Shown here piece after piece: positions 1-10,887 of a stretch of DNA of 64,000 bases. Source of the stretch: an uncultured Alphaproteobacteria bacterium. Its GTDB lineage: Bacteria > Pseudomonadota > Alphaproteobacteria > RF32 > CAG-239. The position numbers and the translations under genes are program-made. The notes under the pieces are model-generated. The model saw only the letters and a list, made by a program, of their open reading frames with translations, had not been told where the DNA came from and made no database searches. The stretch is taken from contig CANRJO010000005.1 of assembly GCA_947630965.1 (NCBI GenBank), positions 203 through 64,202 on the forward strand, given 5' to 3'. Positions within the stretch are counted from its first letter, which is position 1. Every line of letters starts with the position of its first letter.

Positions 1-226
1 GTTTGTCCACACCGCGAAATTCACGGTTGAGCTTGTGAACAGCCTCATCATTACTCAAGCACAAATTGACCGAAAAAGTTTTGTTTTCATCTAAAAACCA
101 AACATCGCTCCACACGCGCTTCGCGGCAACATCTGCCGTTTTCTGCACAAGTGCTGACACATCGGGCAAGACCTTTTCCCAACGCTTGTCTTCCATTGTT
201 AAATAAACGCTGATTTTATTCTTCAT
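1..226 (-). CDS. ybeY: rRNA maturation endoribonuclease YbeY (5' part, runs off the window)
   Basis: Manual translation MKNKISVYLTMEDKRW...VNLCLSNDEAVHKLNREFRGVDK contains the YbeY LN..FRG.DK motif; lies directly downstream of phoH. Confidence 0.9.
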   Translation of the reverse strand, partial: MKNKISVYLTMEDKRWEKVLPDVSALVQKTADVAAKRVWSDVWFLDENKTFSVNLCLSNDEAVHKLNREFRGVDK

Positions 227-1181
227 CACGTTGCTTTTTCACTTTTTCTTCATAGGCTTTCACAATTTTTGCCACAAGTCCGTGACGCACCACATCGGCG
301 GCGGTAAACGTGACTGAGCTGATATTGCTGATGTTTTTAAGCGTATCCAAGGCATCGCGCAAGCCCGAAATTGTGCCGCGTGGCAAATCCACTTGGCTTA
401 AGTCGCCATTGACAACCATGCGCGAATTTTCGCCCAAGCGCGTTAAAAACATTTTCATCTGCATCGGCGTTGTGTTTTGCGCCTCGTCCAAAATCACAAA
501 CGCGTTTGAAAGTGTGCGACCGCGCATAAAGGCAAGCGGTGCAATTTCAATTTCGCCGAGGGCTAATTTTTTATCCACCTGTTCGGCAGGCAACATTTCA
601 TACAAAGCATCGTAAAGCGGGCGCAGATAAGGATCAACCTTTTCTTTCAAATCGCCGGGTAAAAAGCCCAAATTTTCACCGGCCTCAACCGCCGGACGCG
701 ATAAAATAATTTTATCTACCGCGCCTTCAAGCATCATGGTTACCGCTAAAGCCACCGCTAAATATGTTTTACCCGTACCGGCAGGACCGAGGCCAAAGAC
801 AAGCTCGTTTTTCATCATTTCCTGAATATAAGCCGCTTGTGTGGCGGAACGCGGATAAATATAACGCTTTTTGGTTTTGAGCACAATCTCGTTCAAGCTC
901 TGCGCTTCCTGCTCAGAATGCGCACCGCCGCAAATGCGCACCGCCGCCTTCACTTCCTGCTCGCCAATTTCAATATCACGGCTCACTTTATCGTACAAAA
1001 TGTTGATAGCCGCCTTTGCCGCTTCAATATCTTTGGCCTCGCCTTTAATATTGACCTGATTGCCAAATGTTGAAATTTCAACGTTAAGCATTTGTTCAAT
1101 CTGGCGCAGATTGGAATCTGACGCGCCAACAAGTTTTTGCACCAATGTGTTGTTAAAAAGTTCAAAGCTGATTTCTGCCAT
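216..1181 (-). CDS. phoH: PhoH-family ATPase
   Basis: GPAGTGKT Walker A, SRPAVEAGENLGFLPG, RGRTL, ILDEAQN; miaB-phoH-ybeY order. Confidence 0.95.
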   Translation of the reverse strand: MAEISFELFNNTLVQKLVGASDSNLRQIEQMLNVEISTFGNQVNIKGEAKDIEAAKAAINILYDKVSRDIEIGEQEVKAAVRICGGAHSEQEAQSLNEIVLKTKKRYIYPRSATQAAYIQEMMKNELVFGLGPAGTGKTYLAVALAVTMMLEGAVDKIILSRPAVEAGENLGFLPGDLKEKVDPYLRPLYDALYEMLPAEQVDKKLALGEIEIAPLAFMRGRTLSNAFVILDEAQNTTPMQMKMFLTRLGENSRMVVNGDLSQVDLPRGTISGLRDALDTLKNISNISSVTFTAADVVRHGLVAKIVKAYEEKVKKQRDEE

Positions 1182-2515
1182 TATAAAATTACCTTTCCGC
1201 TCAAAGAATTTGTGGTGGCGCTTTCCACACGCACATCCACAATGTGGTTTAACAAACTTTCATCCGCCTTGGCATGCAGGTTTTGCATATAAGGCGTGCG
1301 CCCAATCAGTTGCCCTTTGTGGCGACCGTATTGTTCAAACAAAACGGGCATCACTTTGCCGACCGAGGCTTGGTTGAACTGTTCCTGATATGAAAATAAC
1401 AGATTTTGCAAAATATCCAACCTTTCTTTTTTCACTTTTTCCTCAACCTGATTTTCCATCACGGCGGCGGGCGTTCCGGCGCGGCGACTGTACTTAAACG
1501 AGAATGCCTGAATATATTTGATTTTTCTGACCAAATCAAGCGTTTGTTCAAAATCTTTATCCGTTTCGCCGGGGAAGCCTACAATAAAGTCAGACGACAT
1601 CTCAAGTTTGGGGTTAGCCTCTTTTAACCGCGCCACAACGTCTAAATACTGCCCGCTTGTATGACGGCGGTTCATCGCTTTCAAAATTTTATCCGAGCCG
1701 GATTGCACCGGCAAATGCAAATAGGGCATCAGTTGTTCTAAATCGCGGTGGCAGGCAATCAGGTCATCATCAACATCAGCCGGATAACTTGTGGTGTAGC
1801 GAAGCCTTTTAATGCCCTCAATTTCCGCCAAGCGCCGCAAAAGATATGCCAAGTTGCGCTCTTTGCCGTGCGCATCTTCGCCATGATACGAATTAACGTT
1901 TTGCCCTAAAATATTAATTTCAAGCGTGCCGGTTGCAACTAAGCGTCGCGCCTCTGCCAAAACTTCTTCCACCGGGCGCGAATATTCCGCCCCGCGCGTA
2001 TACGGCACCACACAATATGTGCAGAAATTGTCGCACCCCTCTTGCACCGCAAGATATGAGCAACCGCCCTCCGCCCGATTTTCAGGCAAAAAGTCAAACT
2101 TCGCCTCAGGTGGAAAGTCAGTATCAATCAGGGTTTCGGCATGCTTGCGCTTGATTTTCAGAAGCATTTCGGGCAGGCGATGATATGTTAAAGGACCGAG
2201 AGCAAAATCAACATACGGCGCGCGTTTGGCAATTTGCTCATCTTCTGCCTGAACCACGCAACCCGTTACGCCGATGATGGTCTTTTTGCCCTCTGCGGCG
2301 CGTTCTTCTTTAATGAGATTTGCCCGCCCCAAATCCGAAAAAAGTTTTTCCGCCGCTTTTTCACGAATATGGCAGGTATTGAATAAAACCAAATCAGCCT
2401 CGTGCTGATCGAGCGTTTCAACATAGCCCATGTTCTCAAGCATCAGCGCCATACGGTGTGAATCATAAACATTCATCTGGCAGCCAAAAGTTTTGATAAA
2501 ATATTTTTGCTTCAT
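1181..2515 (-). CDS. miaB: tRNA-2-methylthio-N6-dimethylallyladenosine synthase MiaB
   Basis: TFGCQMNVYDS, NTCHIREKA, radical SAM CDNFCTYC, C-terminal TRAM domain. Confidence 0.97.
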   Translation of the reverse strand: MKQKYFIKTFGCQMNVYDSHRMALMLENMGYVETLDQHEADLVLFNTCHIREKAAEKLFSDLGRANLIKEERAAEGKKTIIGVTGCVVQAEDEQIAKRAPYVDFALGPLTYHRLPEMLLKIKRKHAETLIDTDFPPEAKFDFLPENRAEGGCSYLAVQEGCDNFCTYCVVPYTRGAEYSRPVEEVLAEARRLVATGTLEINILGQNVNSYHGEDAHGKERNLAYLLRRLAEIEGIKRLRYTTSYPADVDDDLIACHRDLEQLMPYLHLPVQSGSDKILKAMNRRHTSGQYLDVVARLKEANPKLEMSSDFIVGFPGETDKDFEQTLDLVRKIKYIQAFSFKYSRRAGTPAAVMENQVEEKVKKERLDILQNLLFSYQEQFNQASVGKVMPVLFEQYGRHKGQLIGRTPYMQNLHAKADESLLNHIVDVRVESATTNSLSGKVIL

Positions 2516-2611
2516 TTTTATATTCTTAAATCTTTTTCAATGATTAATATGCTATGCCAAAGTATAACAATTTTCAAATCTTTTTTTGACTTTTTTATAA
2601 GGAGTTTGAAA

Positions 2612-3049
2612 ATGCTTGATACAAAAAATATAGAAACAAGTTATCTCAATAACTTGGAAACGCCTCAAAAATTGAGTTGTTTAAAAGCATTAGCATACAT
2701 TTCTCAAATTGACGGTCATATGGATAGCTCTGAAGCTTATATTTTAGCGACATTAGCAAAAAAATTTAAGCTCACAGATTCTCGCACATTTTTGCAAAAT
2801 TTGGATGAAGGAGAAATTTTAGACGAATTATCGCATATTTCAAACAAAAAAGCGGCGATGGATCTCATCAAATATTTATGCTTCACAGCGCAAGCGGACA
2901 GCGACCTTAATGATAAGGAAGTCTTGTTCATTGGGCATGCAGCAAAGGCAATGAATCTAGATGTTCAAAAAGCTGCTGAGATTAATGATTTTGTGATAGA
3001 ATGCCTGATGTTGGAAGAAAAAGCGCGTGAAATTTTTGAAGAAGAATAG
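2612..3049 (+). CDS. TerB-like (tellurite resistance fold) protein
   Basis: Two TerB-like segments (LAYISQIDGHMDSSE; TAQADSDLNDKEVLFI); start moved to the ATG at 2612, which has a GGAG RBS. Confidence 0.65.
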   Translation: MLDTKNIETSYLNNLETPQKLSCLKALAYISQIDGHMDSSEAYILATLAKKFKLTDSRTFLQNLDEGEILDELSHISNKKAAMDLIKYLCFTAQADSDLNDKEVLFIGHAAKAMNLDVQKAAEINDFVIECLMLEEKAREIFEEE

Positions 3050-3058
3050 GAGTACCTC

Positions 3059-3934
3059 ATGGAGGAAAAAAAGCAAAAAATCAGCCAGATGTTATCTGCA
3101 AAATATCAAGACATCCAAGAAAAACGGCTCAATCAATTAACGCGTGAAGTCATTTATGGTCCGCAAAACAGAAACGTTAATATTAACGGAAAGCGGGTTA
3201 AACTCTCTGATTTGCGTTATCAGTTGGCGGATACTTTTGAAAATATGCAGAGCGCCAAAAAAACACCCTCAAATGCTGACTTTAATATGATGATAGCCTC
3301 AAGCATTGAAACGCTCAATTCCGAGACAAGCTCCGAGCAAGAATATTTTCGGTGGTTGGACGATTGCTCGGAAATCATCAAAGATATGAATGACGGCTTT
3401 ATCACAAAGGACGATTTAGACTCTCGCAACGACTTTTTAGAGATGAGTCATCAGCGCGAGGCTGATCTGATGCTCTGCCTAGGGCTTTACGCGGGAAGCT
3501 CGCACCCAAAGGCGGCAGAAAAAGCGGCTCGTCTGCGCTATAAGCTCCAAAAGCTTCGTGAAATGCGGCAGACAATAGAAACATACACCCGCAATGAAGC
3601 TGATACCAAAATCAGCAAAGAAGAGTACGAAAAAGCCCTGCCTTATTACAAACTCTTCAAAGGTCTAAGGCGCCTGCCTTATGGACAAGATTTATCCGCT
3701 GAAAGAAAAGAGCTTGGCATTCAGCACGAAGTCGATTATGACCTTTTGCCTACCTATGACTACTTTGCTTGGCTCGTAAATGAAACCTTAGATGAAGAAG
3801 CAAAAGAAAATACTTTTAATATCAAACATCAAGAAATTTCTGATAAACTGAAAGATTTAGCTAGACGCCGAGAAACTTTTAAAGTAAATTACATGATATT
3901 GGAACGTAAAAAAGCACAATTTCAGAATAATTAA
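3059..3934 (+). CDS. Hypothetical helical/coiled-coil protein
   Basis: 291-aa ORF with AGGAG RBS, tightly spaced in the operon; no recognisable motif. Confidence 0.7.
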   Translation: MEEKKQKISQMLSAKYQDIQEKRLNQLTREVIYGPQNRNVNINGKRVKLSDLRYQLADTFENMQSAKKTPSNADFNMMIASSIETLNSETSSEQEYFRWLDDCSEIIKDMNDGFITKDDLDSRNDFLEMSHQREADLMLCLGLYAGSSHPKAAEKAARLRYKLQKLREMRQTIETYTRNEADTKISKEEYEKALPYYKLFKGLRRLPYGQDLSAERKELGIQHEVDYDLLPTYDYFAWLVNETLDEEAKENTFNIKHQEISDKLKDLARRRETFKVNYMILERKKAQFQNN

Positions 3935-3946
3935 AGGAGAAAATTG

Positions 3947-4246
3947 ATGGGAATGCTTTTGGTACCTGTTTTTGACACATTAGCTTTAGTCATTGACATT
4001 TATTTTAAAGTTGTGGTGGTAGAAATTGTTTTGCACTACCTCCTTCACTTCAAGATGATAACAGTCAGCAACAAATATGCTGAAAAATTTATGGAAATTT
4101 TGAAAAAATTAACGGAGCCTGTTTATCAAAAAATCCGCAGCAAAGTTCCTGCTTATGCCGGTTTTGATACGGCGCCTTTTGTGTTACTTTTGGCATTGTT
4201 TTTTGTGGCACGCTTAATTTATGCCTGCAAAGAAATGATGATGTAA
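3947..4246 (+). CDS. yggT: YggT-family membrane protein
   Basis: LKKLTEPVYQKIRSKVP...GFDTAPFVLLL motif; yggT-DUF167-folD order. Confidence 0.85.
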   Translation: MGMLLVPVFDTLALVIDIYFKVVVVEIVLHYLLHFKMITVSNKYAEKFMEILKKLTEPVYQKIRSKVPAYAGFDTAPFVLLLALFFVARLIYACKEMMM

Positions 4247-4252
4247 ACTTAT

Positions 4253-4564
4253 ATGTTTTTTCAAAAAAAGACAAACGGATACATTTTAAGAGTTAGGCTC
4301 ATGCCTAACTCTTCTTTAACTAAAGTTTCTGGGCGCGCTCAAACGCCTGAAGGCGAAGATTGCATTAAGATTAACGTCACAGCCATCCCTGAAAAAGGCA
4401 AAGCAAACAAAGCACTTTTGATGTTTTTGGCAAAGCTTCTTTCGGTGGCAAAAACAAACTTTGAAATCACATCAGGCGAAACAGACAGATATAAAAAAAT
4501 TGAGATCAGCACAAATGCGGATTTAGATGAAAAACTTGAAAAGCTATGGGAGAACGTAAAATGA
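4253..4564 (+). CDS. DUF167/YggU family protein
   Basis: LRVRLMPNS, VTAIPEKGKANKAL, SGETDRYK. Confidence 0.9.
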   Translation: MFFQKKTNGYILRVRLMPNSSLTKVSGRAQTPEGEDCIKINVTAIPEKGKANKALLMFLAKLLSVAKTNFEITSGETDRYKKIEISTNADLDEKLEKLWENVK

Positions 4565-5403
4565 GCGTTGTTTTAAATGGCAAAGAAATTGCGGCAAGCA
4601 TCATAGAAAACATCAAAAAACAGACAGAAAAGCTTCAAGAAAAGCCAACACTTGCCATCATTTTGGTCGGTCATAACGAAGCATCGCGCATTTATGTGCG
4701 CAATAAGTGCTCGGCGGCACAAAAAGCGGGGCTACAGGCAGAGCTTTTGGAATTTGAGGAAAATGTGTCTGCTAAAACACTGAAAGAAAAAATTCAAAGC
4801 TTAAATCTCGATTCGCACATTCACGGCATCATCATTCAGCTTCCCCTGCCCGCTCATTTACCGACGCAGGAATTGTTGGAAACGGTTGACCCATTAAAAG
4901 ACGTGGACGGTTTTCATCCCTTAAATGCCGGTCTTTTGCAAAACAACAACCCTGCTGCTTTTGCACCGGCAACCGCGCGCGGGGTGATGACGCTCTTAAG
5001 AGAAACGGGCGTTGAGCTTGAAGGCAAAAACGCGCTTGTGATTGGGCGTTCGCAAATTGTCGGCAAGCCTGTGGCGCAAATGCTTTTAAATAAAAATTGC
5101 ACGGTGACAATCGCGCATTCCAAAACACAAAACCTGCCCGCACTTGTTCAAAATGCCGATATTGTTGTAGCAGCCTGCGGACGCCCCAAAATGGTCAAAG
5201 CATCGTGGCTTAAAAAAGGTGCTATTGTCATGGATGTTGGCATCAACCGCGTTGAAAACAAGCTCACAGGTGATGTTGATTTTGAGCCTGCCAAAGAGGT
5301 TGCTTCCTTCATCACGCCTGTTCCCGGCGGCGTAGGACCGATGACGGTCGCCATGCTTTTGCAAAACACATTGGAAGCTTATCTTAAACAAAAGAACAGC
5401 TAG
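4561..5403 (+). CDS. folD: Methylenetetrahydrofolate dehydrogenase/cyclohydrolase FolD
   Basis: GIIIQLPLP, KDVDGFHP, GRSQIVGKP, ITPVPGGVGPMT. Confidence 0.97.
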   Translation: MSVVLNGKEIAASIIENIKKQTEKLQEKPTLAIILVGHNEASRIYVRNKCSAAQKAGLQAELLEFEENVSAKTLKEKIQSLNLDSHIHGIIIQLPLPAHLPTQELLETVDPLKDVDGFHPLNAGLLQNNNPAAFAPATARGVMTLLRETGVELEGKNALVIGRSQIVGKPVAQMLLNKNCTVTIAHSKTQNLPALVQNADIVVAACGRPKMVKASWLKKGAIVMDVGINRVENKLTGDVDFEPAKEVASFITPVPGGVGPMTVAMLLQNTLEAYLKQKNS

Positions 5404-5457
5404 ACTTCAAAAGCTTTTTTAAGTGCCTATATTAAAACCCAAACACAAGAGGATAAA

Positions 5458-5835
5458 ATGGCACAACTGGGCAAAATTTTCATTTACGAGCAAAACGCGC
5501 AAACACTGCAAAATTTTGCGTCAGATTTTCAAGCGCAAGGCTTTTTTGCTTTCGGCACAGATAACATTTATCGTTTTTTGAAATACGCTAACACGGTTCA
5601 CCCCGACATTGTCATTATGAACATCCCACAAAATTTTGAAACAGATGATACTTTTTGGAAAGAAGTGTACCAAAATTTATGCCATGACAAATGCCCGCAA
5701 ATTTTCATGAATGTAGAAGCGCCTAAAAACTTGCAAAACACTTTACATCTTAAAAATTTCAAAACTTCCGAGCTCACGGCTGAAGAGCTGCAAACACTTT
5801 TAAATGAGACGCACCAAGAACAAACGCTTCATTAA
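5458..5835 (+). CDS. Degenerate response-regulator receiver-like protein
   Basis: CheY-like pattern KIFIYEQN...HPDIVIMNIP; the phosphoacceptor position appears to be N. Confidence 0.5.
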   Translation: MAQLGKIFIYEQNAQTLQNFASDFQAQGFFAFGTDNIYRFLKYANTVHPDIVIMNIPQNFETDDTFWKEVYQNLCHDKCPQIFMNVEAPKNLQNTLHLKNFKTSELTAEELQTLLNETHQEQTLH

Positions 5836-5872
5836 AAAAGCCGGTATGCTTTGCGGCAACACCGGCTTTTTT
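5834..5872. terminator. Bidirectional intrinsic terminator
   Basis: AAAAAAGCCGGT...ACCGGCTTTTTT between convergent genes. Confidence 0.8.
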
Positions 5873-5877
5873 ATGAT

Positions 5878-8800
5878 TTATTTCTTTTTCGGCTTATCTT
5901 CCGTTTGAGGTTTCAGATGACCTTTATTTTCCGTCATCGTTTGCACCAAGATGTACAGAAGCGGAATAACAACCAAGCCACCGGCGGTTCCAAGCAACAT
6001 GCCATAGAACACCGGCACACCGATAGCCACGCGGCTACCCGCGCCGGCACCTGTTGCCACAATCAGCGGGAACACGCCCAAGATGAAGGTAAACGCAGTC
6101 ATCAACACGGCACGGAACCGCTCACGCGTACCCACCACCGCCGATTTTTCAATAGACGTTCCTTTTGCGCGCTCATCACGGGCAAATTCCACAATCAGAA
6201 TGGCGTTTTTGCTTGCCAAACCAATCAGCAAAATCAAGCCTAATTGAGCATAAATACTGAGCGGTTGTCCGCAGATAAAGATACCGATAAAGGCACCTAA
6301 CATAGCAACTGTCACAGATGTCAAAACGGAAATCGGGAGCATCCAACTTTCGTATTGCGCCACCAAGAACAGATAGCCAAACAATACCGCCAAGGCAATC
6401 AGGAACCCGACCTGCCCTTGGTTGCGCCGTTCTTGCAAGCTCATGCCTGACCACTCGTAGCTATACCCGGCGGGCAGCGTTTTTTGCGCCAACTCTTCAA
6501 TCGCCTGCATCGCTTGTCCACTGGAAATGCCCGGAGCGGCCATTGCCGTAATAGTTGCGGACGGATACTGGTTATAACGCTCCATACTCCGCGGCGCCTG
6601 CACAGTACGAATATCCACCAAGCTCCCCAAAGGCACCATCTCGCCCTTAGCGCTTTGGACATAGAGTTTTTTAATGCTTTCAATATCCTTACGATACGGC
6701 CAGTCAGCCTGAATCATCACCTTGTTAACCTGCGTACCGATGTTAATATCATTAATATAGCCCGAGCCCAAGTAGTTTTGCAAAACAGTATAAATACTGC
6801 TGATACTCACCTGCATCACTTCGGCTTTTTCCTTGTTGATATCAATATATGCATGCGGTGTTTCCGCAGTATAAGTTGAGAACGCATACATCACTTCCGG
6901 CAGTTGGTTAAGTCTGCCCAAAAAGCTCTTAAGCGTAGCTTCAAGTTTTTTCGGATCTGTACTATCCAACGACTGCAACCTGAAATCCATACCGCCTGTT
7001 GTGCCAAGCCCCGGAATGGCGGGGAATTCAAACAGGTTAATAGAGGCGTCTGGAATGGTATCAAACTTCGCCTTAATTCGGTTTAAAATCGTGGTAGAAT
7101 ATTCAGAAGCTTCCGTACGTTCAGCCCAAGGTTTTAAGCGCAAAATATTGATCGCCACATTTTCGCCTTGTCCGGAAAGCATACTAAAGCCCATAATCTG
7201 CTGAACGGCAGAAACGCTTTTTTCTTCCATAATCAAGGGCAAAATTTCATCCATCACTTTCTTGGTACGCGGTTGTGTGGCACCTTCGGGAAGTTGGATG
7301 TTCGTTAAAATCACGCCCTGATCTTCTGCCGGAATAAAGGTAGTGTGACTTAACTGCAACATCACCCAGTTAAAGAACAAAAGAAGCCCAAGCAAAAGCG
7401 CAATGACCGTCACTTTCCGCCCAATGTAACCCACAATCGCCAAATAGCGGTTACGCGCCCGATCAACAACCTTGTTAAACCACATCAACGGACCATGTTC
7501 AGCAGGCTTTAACGGACGCAAAATGGTTGCACACAAAGCCGGTGAAAGTGTTAAGGCGTTAATCGCGGAGAACACCACGGCAAATGAAATGGAAATAGCA
7601 AATTGCTGATAAATCTTACCTGTAATACCACCCAAAAACGCAATCGGCACAAAAATGGCCAAAAGCACCAACGTTGTGGCAACAATCGGGCTTGAAACTT
7701 CTTCCATGGTGCGAATTGCCGCAGCTTTTGGCGGTAACTTATCTTGTTCCATCAAGGTCAAAACACGTTCCACCACCACAATAGCGTCATCCACCACCAA
7801 GCCGATAGCCAAGACCAAACCGAACAAGGTTAAAATATTCAAGCTATAGCCTAATGCCAACATCACAGCAAAAGTTGCAAACAATGAAACCGGAATGGTA
7901 ATGGACGGCACCAAGGTTGAGCGCCAATCTTGCAAAAAGATATAGCACACCGCCACCACCAACACAAAGGTTAACAAAAGCGTCCAAACCACTTCTTCAA
8001 TGGAGGCTTGAATGTAATCCGTGGCATCGTAGAACACATTAATTTCAAAATCTTCAGGATAGAATTTTGAAAGTCTGTCAAGCTCAGCGCGCACCGCTTT
8101 CATAGCCTGAATAGCATTTGCGCCCGAAAGTGTGTTTAAGGATATAGCAATGGAGGGTTGACCGTCTCGCGTACCCTTGAAAATATAGTTTTCAGAGCCG
8201 ATTTCCACACGCGCAATATCTTTTAAGCGCACCAAACCGCCATCTTGTTCCGTGCGGACAATAATGTTTTCAAAGTCCGAGGCTTCATTTAACCGACCTT
8301 GTGTTTGGAGCGTATAAACCATTTGCTGATCGCCATCACCGGGCATGGAGCCCACTTGCCCCAAAGACGGTTGAAAGTTTTGGCTCTCAATCACACTCCG
8401 AACAGTTGAAATCGGGATATTCAAAGCCGTAATTTTATCCGCATCAAGCCACACACGCATTGCCAAAGGCGCGGCGTGCACACTCACATCACCCACACCA
8501 TAAACACGGCTTAAGTTATTTTTGATGTTGTTTTCCACATAGTTACTCAAAAACTGCTCGTCATGCGTACCGTTTGGCGAACGGACATTCAAAAAGCCCA
8601 GAATATCCGAAGATCTGCGGCGCACATTCACACCATTACGCTGCACATCGGTCGGAAGTTTACTCATGGCCTGCTGCACGCGGTTTTGAACCTTCACTTG
8701 CGCCATATCCGGATCCGTGCCCACTTCAAAACTGATGGAAAGGCTGTATGCGCCGGAGTTTGCAGATGTGGAGCTCATGTAAAGCATATCTTCCACGCCG

Positions 8801-9012
8801 TTGACCTGTTGTTCAATCGGAATACCGACCGTATTCGCCACCACTTCCGCACTTGCGCCAATGTAGTTAGCGGAAACATTCACTTCCGGCGGCGTAATTT
8901 GCGGATAAAGCGAAATGGGCAAAGAAAAGATAGAGATAATGCCCGCAAGCGTCATCACAATAGCAATCACGATTGCAAAGCGCGGACGCTCAATAAAAAA
9001 CTTTGAAAACAT
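5878..9012 (-). CDS. RND efflux transporter permease (HAE1/AcrB family)
   Basis: [50 protein letters not shown]; 1044 aa. Confidence 0.97.
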   Translation of the reverse strand: MFSKFFIERPRFAIVIAIVMTLAGIISIFSLPISLYPQITPPEVNVSANYIGASAEVVANTVGIPIEQQVNGVEDMLYMSSTSANSGAYSLSISFEVGTDPDMAQVKVQNRVQQAMSKLPTDVQRNGVNVRRRSSDILGFLNVRSPNGTHDEQFLSNYVENNIKNNLSRVYGVGDVSVHAAPLAMRVWLDADKITALNIPISTVRSVIESQNFQPSLGQVGSMPGDGDQQMVYTLQTQGRLNEASDFENIIVRTEQDGGLVRLKDIARVEIGSENYIFKGTRDGQPSIAISLNTLSGANAIQAMKAVRAELDRLSKFYPEDFEINVFYDATDYIQASIEEVVWTLLLTFVLVVAVCYIFLQDWRSTLVPSITIPVSLFATFAVMLALGYSLNILTLFGLVLAIGLVVDDAIVVVERVLTLMEQDKLPPKAAAIRTMEEVSSPIVATTLVLLAIFVPIAFLGGITGKIYQQFAISISFAVVFSAINALTLSPALCATILRPLKPAEHGPLMWFNKVVDRARNRYLAIVGYIGRKVTVIALLLGLLLFFNWVMLQLSHTTFIPAEDQGVILTNIQLPEGATQPRTKKVMDEILPLIMEEKSVSAVQQIMGFSMLSGQGENVAINILRLKPWAERTEASEYSTTILNRIKAKFDTIPDASINLFEFPAIPGLGTTGGMDFRLQSLDSTDPKKLEATLKSFLGRLNQLPEVMYAFSTYTAETPHAYIDINKEKAEVMQVSISSIYTVLQNYLGSGYINDINIGTQVNKVMIQADWPYRKDIESIKKLYVQSAKGEMVPLGSLVDIRTVQAPRSMERYNQYPSATITAMAAPGISSGQAMQAIEELAQKTLPAGYSYEWSGMSLQERRNQGQVGFLIALAVLFGYLFLVAQYESWMLPISVLTSVTVAMLGAFIGIFICGQPLSIYAQLGLILLIGLASKNAILIVEFARDERAKGTSIEKSAVVGTRERFRAVLMTAFTFILGVFPLIVATGAGAGSRVAIGVPVFYGMLLGTAGGLVVIPLLYILVQTMTENKGHLKPQTEDKPKKK

Positions 9013-9030
9013 AGCTCAAATGCTCCTTTC

Positions 9031-10182
9031 TTATTTCGGCTGAATAAGAGCCGCACGGACCTTAATGCCGTTTTGAACGCGCTGTAAGCCCTGAATAATG
9101 ACCTTTTCGCCTTCTTTAAGCCCTTCCAAAACAACCTGTTGCGAGCCAACCGTATCACCCAAAACCAAGCGGCGCTCTTCAACCGTATCATCATCAAGCA
9201 CCACAAAGGTATAAAAGCCGTGTTCATCCTGAGCCAAAGAGGCTTGCGGGATCATCACGCTCATTTCCGGATTTTCTTTAACAAGGGCAATCTGCACATA
9301 GTTACCGGGCAAAAGCTTTTCATCCGTATTGGCAAAATCGCTGTAGATGGAAACGGTAGCCGTTTGGGTGCTCACTTCATTATCCACAAAACGTGAAGCA
9401 AAATCTTCAACCATAAACGTGCCGTCAGGTAAAGTAATTTTAGCTTTCATCACTTCGCCATCGCCACCTTCATATTGTTTTTTCAAGAGCAAAAACTCTT
9501 TATCCGTCAATGAAAATGTAATGCGAACGGGGCTCACCTGAACAATGCGTGCCAAAACCTGCGCCGTGGCGGTGGCATAGTTGCCTTTGGTCACAAGCGC
9601 TTTGCCGATATAACCTGAAATTGGCGCCTTCACTTTGGTATATTCCATATCAATTTTAGCCAAATCCAAGTTTGCTTCGGCTTGTTTCACAGCGGCTTTT
9701 GCGCGTAAAAACGTGCTTTCCGCGGCATCAAACGTGGCTTTTGAAGCAATATTTTGTTTGCTTAACTTAATTTGGCGGTTATAATTACGTTCGGCTTCCG
9801 TCAAATTAGCTTTGGCACTCGCAAGCTCAGCCTCGCGCAAATCAAGAGTGGCTTTATACCTGTCAGGATCAATCACAAACAAGACATCGCCTTCTTTCAC
9901 AAAGCTACCTTCCTTAAACAGAACCTCATCAACGGTACCGCTAACTTGCGAGAGCAAATCCACGCTGTTAATGGCTTCCACGTGCGCAATATGGTTTTTA
10001 GCCTGCGCCGCTTCTTTAGATTCCACAGCTTGCACCAAAACATAAGGCAAACCGCCCCCGGCACCCATACCGGCACCGTTTGGTGTCATTCTGCCTTTTA
10101 AATACCAACCCAAGCCAACGCAAAGCAAAAAGATTGCCAAGCGTTTCAAAATCAACTTTTTACTAGGAGTGCTCACGCGCAT
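9031..10182 (-). CDS. RND periplasmic adaptor (MFP, AcrA family)
   Basis: QVSGTVDEVLFKEGSFVKEGDVLFVIDP, VKAPISGYIG, LLPGNYV; start set at MRVSTP. Confidence 0.93.
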   Translation of the reverse strand: MRVSTPSKKLILKRLAIFLLCVGLGWYLKGRMTPNGAGMGAGGGLPYVLVQAVESKEAAQAKNHIAHVEAINSVDLLSQVSGTVDEVLFKEGSFVKEGDVLFVIDPDRYKATLDLREAELASAKANLTEAERNYNRQIKLSKQNIASKATFDAAESTFLRAKAAVKQAEANLDLAKIDMEYTKVKAPISGYIGKALVTKGNYATATAQVLARIVQVSPVRITFSLTDKEFLLLKKQYEGGDGEVMKAKITLPDGTFMVEDFASRFVDNEVSTQTATVSIYSDFANTDEKLLPGNYVQIALVKENPEMSVMIPQASLAQDEHGFYTFVVLDDDTVEERRLVLGDTVGSQQVVLEGLKEGEKVIIQGLQRVQNGIKVRAALIQPK

Positions 10183-10810
10183 TTTCTTCTGTCCTTTCCA
10201 CTTTAATTCCGTTAAAAATAATATCAAAATTTTGTTTCAAAATTTCCGGCAGATCCGCCCCGCAACGGTGGGCATAAAAGCCGCCTAAAGTCCCGACCCA
10301 GAGGTTAGTAATAATATGTGCCAACCTTTCGGCATCGATTCTTTCAGAGATTACACCTCTCTTTTGCAAATCGGCAAGGTTATCTTTCAAAATTTCAATC
10401 CAATAGTTCACGTTTTCGCCAACTTGCGGAACAATCTTTTGAATAACCCCTTCCGACCATTCCATCTGGCAGGTTAAAAAGAAAGCGATCTTTCGGTTGC
10501 TTTCACTGCTCATGATGAATTCTAAACGATAAAGGAAATGGTTTAAAATATCATTAAAACATTCGGCTTTCAGCCCGTTTAATTTCGAACTTAAAAACGC
10601 AAGCTGCCGTTTGGAATAATCTTCAATTAAGGCTGCCAAAAGGTCCGGCTTGTTGCGAAAATGCCAATAAACAGCACCTTTAGTCAGGTTAATACGCTTA
10701 GCAATTTCTTCAAAAGTGGTTTTGGAATACCCCTTTTCGCAAAACGTATTGAGCGCGGATTGCAAAATAGCAAGACGCGTTTCTTCAGCTTCTTCTTTTG
10801 TTCTTCTCAT
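10163..10810 (-). CDS. TetR/AcrR family regulator
   Basis: MRRTKEEAEETR...TKGAVYWHFRNK HTH; first gene of the RND operon. Confidence 0.93.
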   Translation of the reverse strand: MRRTKEEAEETRLAILQSALNTFCEKGYSKTTFEEIAKRINLTKGAVYWHFRNKPDLLAALIEDYSKRQLAFLSSKLNGLKAECFNDILNHFLYRLEFIMSSESNRKIAFFLTCQMEWSEGVIQKIVPQVGENVNYWIEILKDNLADLQKRGVISERIDAERLAHIITNLWVGTLGGFYAHRCGADLPEILKQNFDIIFNGIKVERTEENAREHS

Positions 10811-10826
10811 GAAAAAGTCCTTCAGT

Positions 10827-10845
10827 TACATACCTGCGGTATGTA
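10827..10845. promoter_or_regulatory. Putative AcrR-type operator
   Basis: Perfect inverted repeat TACATACC-TGC-GGTATGTA immediately upstream of the TetR gene, overlapping the -10 region of a minus-strand TTGCAA-N17-TATACA promoter. Confidence 0.75.
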
Positions 10846-10887
10846 TAAAAAATTTTTCGACCGATTGCAAGTGTTTTTTGAAAAAAA

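Noticed and set aside
5851-9006. Several plus-strand ORFs (e.g. 5851..6243, 8563..9006)
   Set aside because: Antisense shadows of the RND permease
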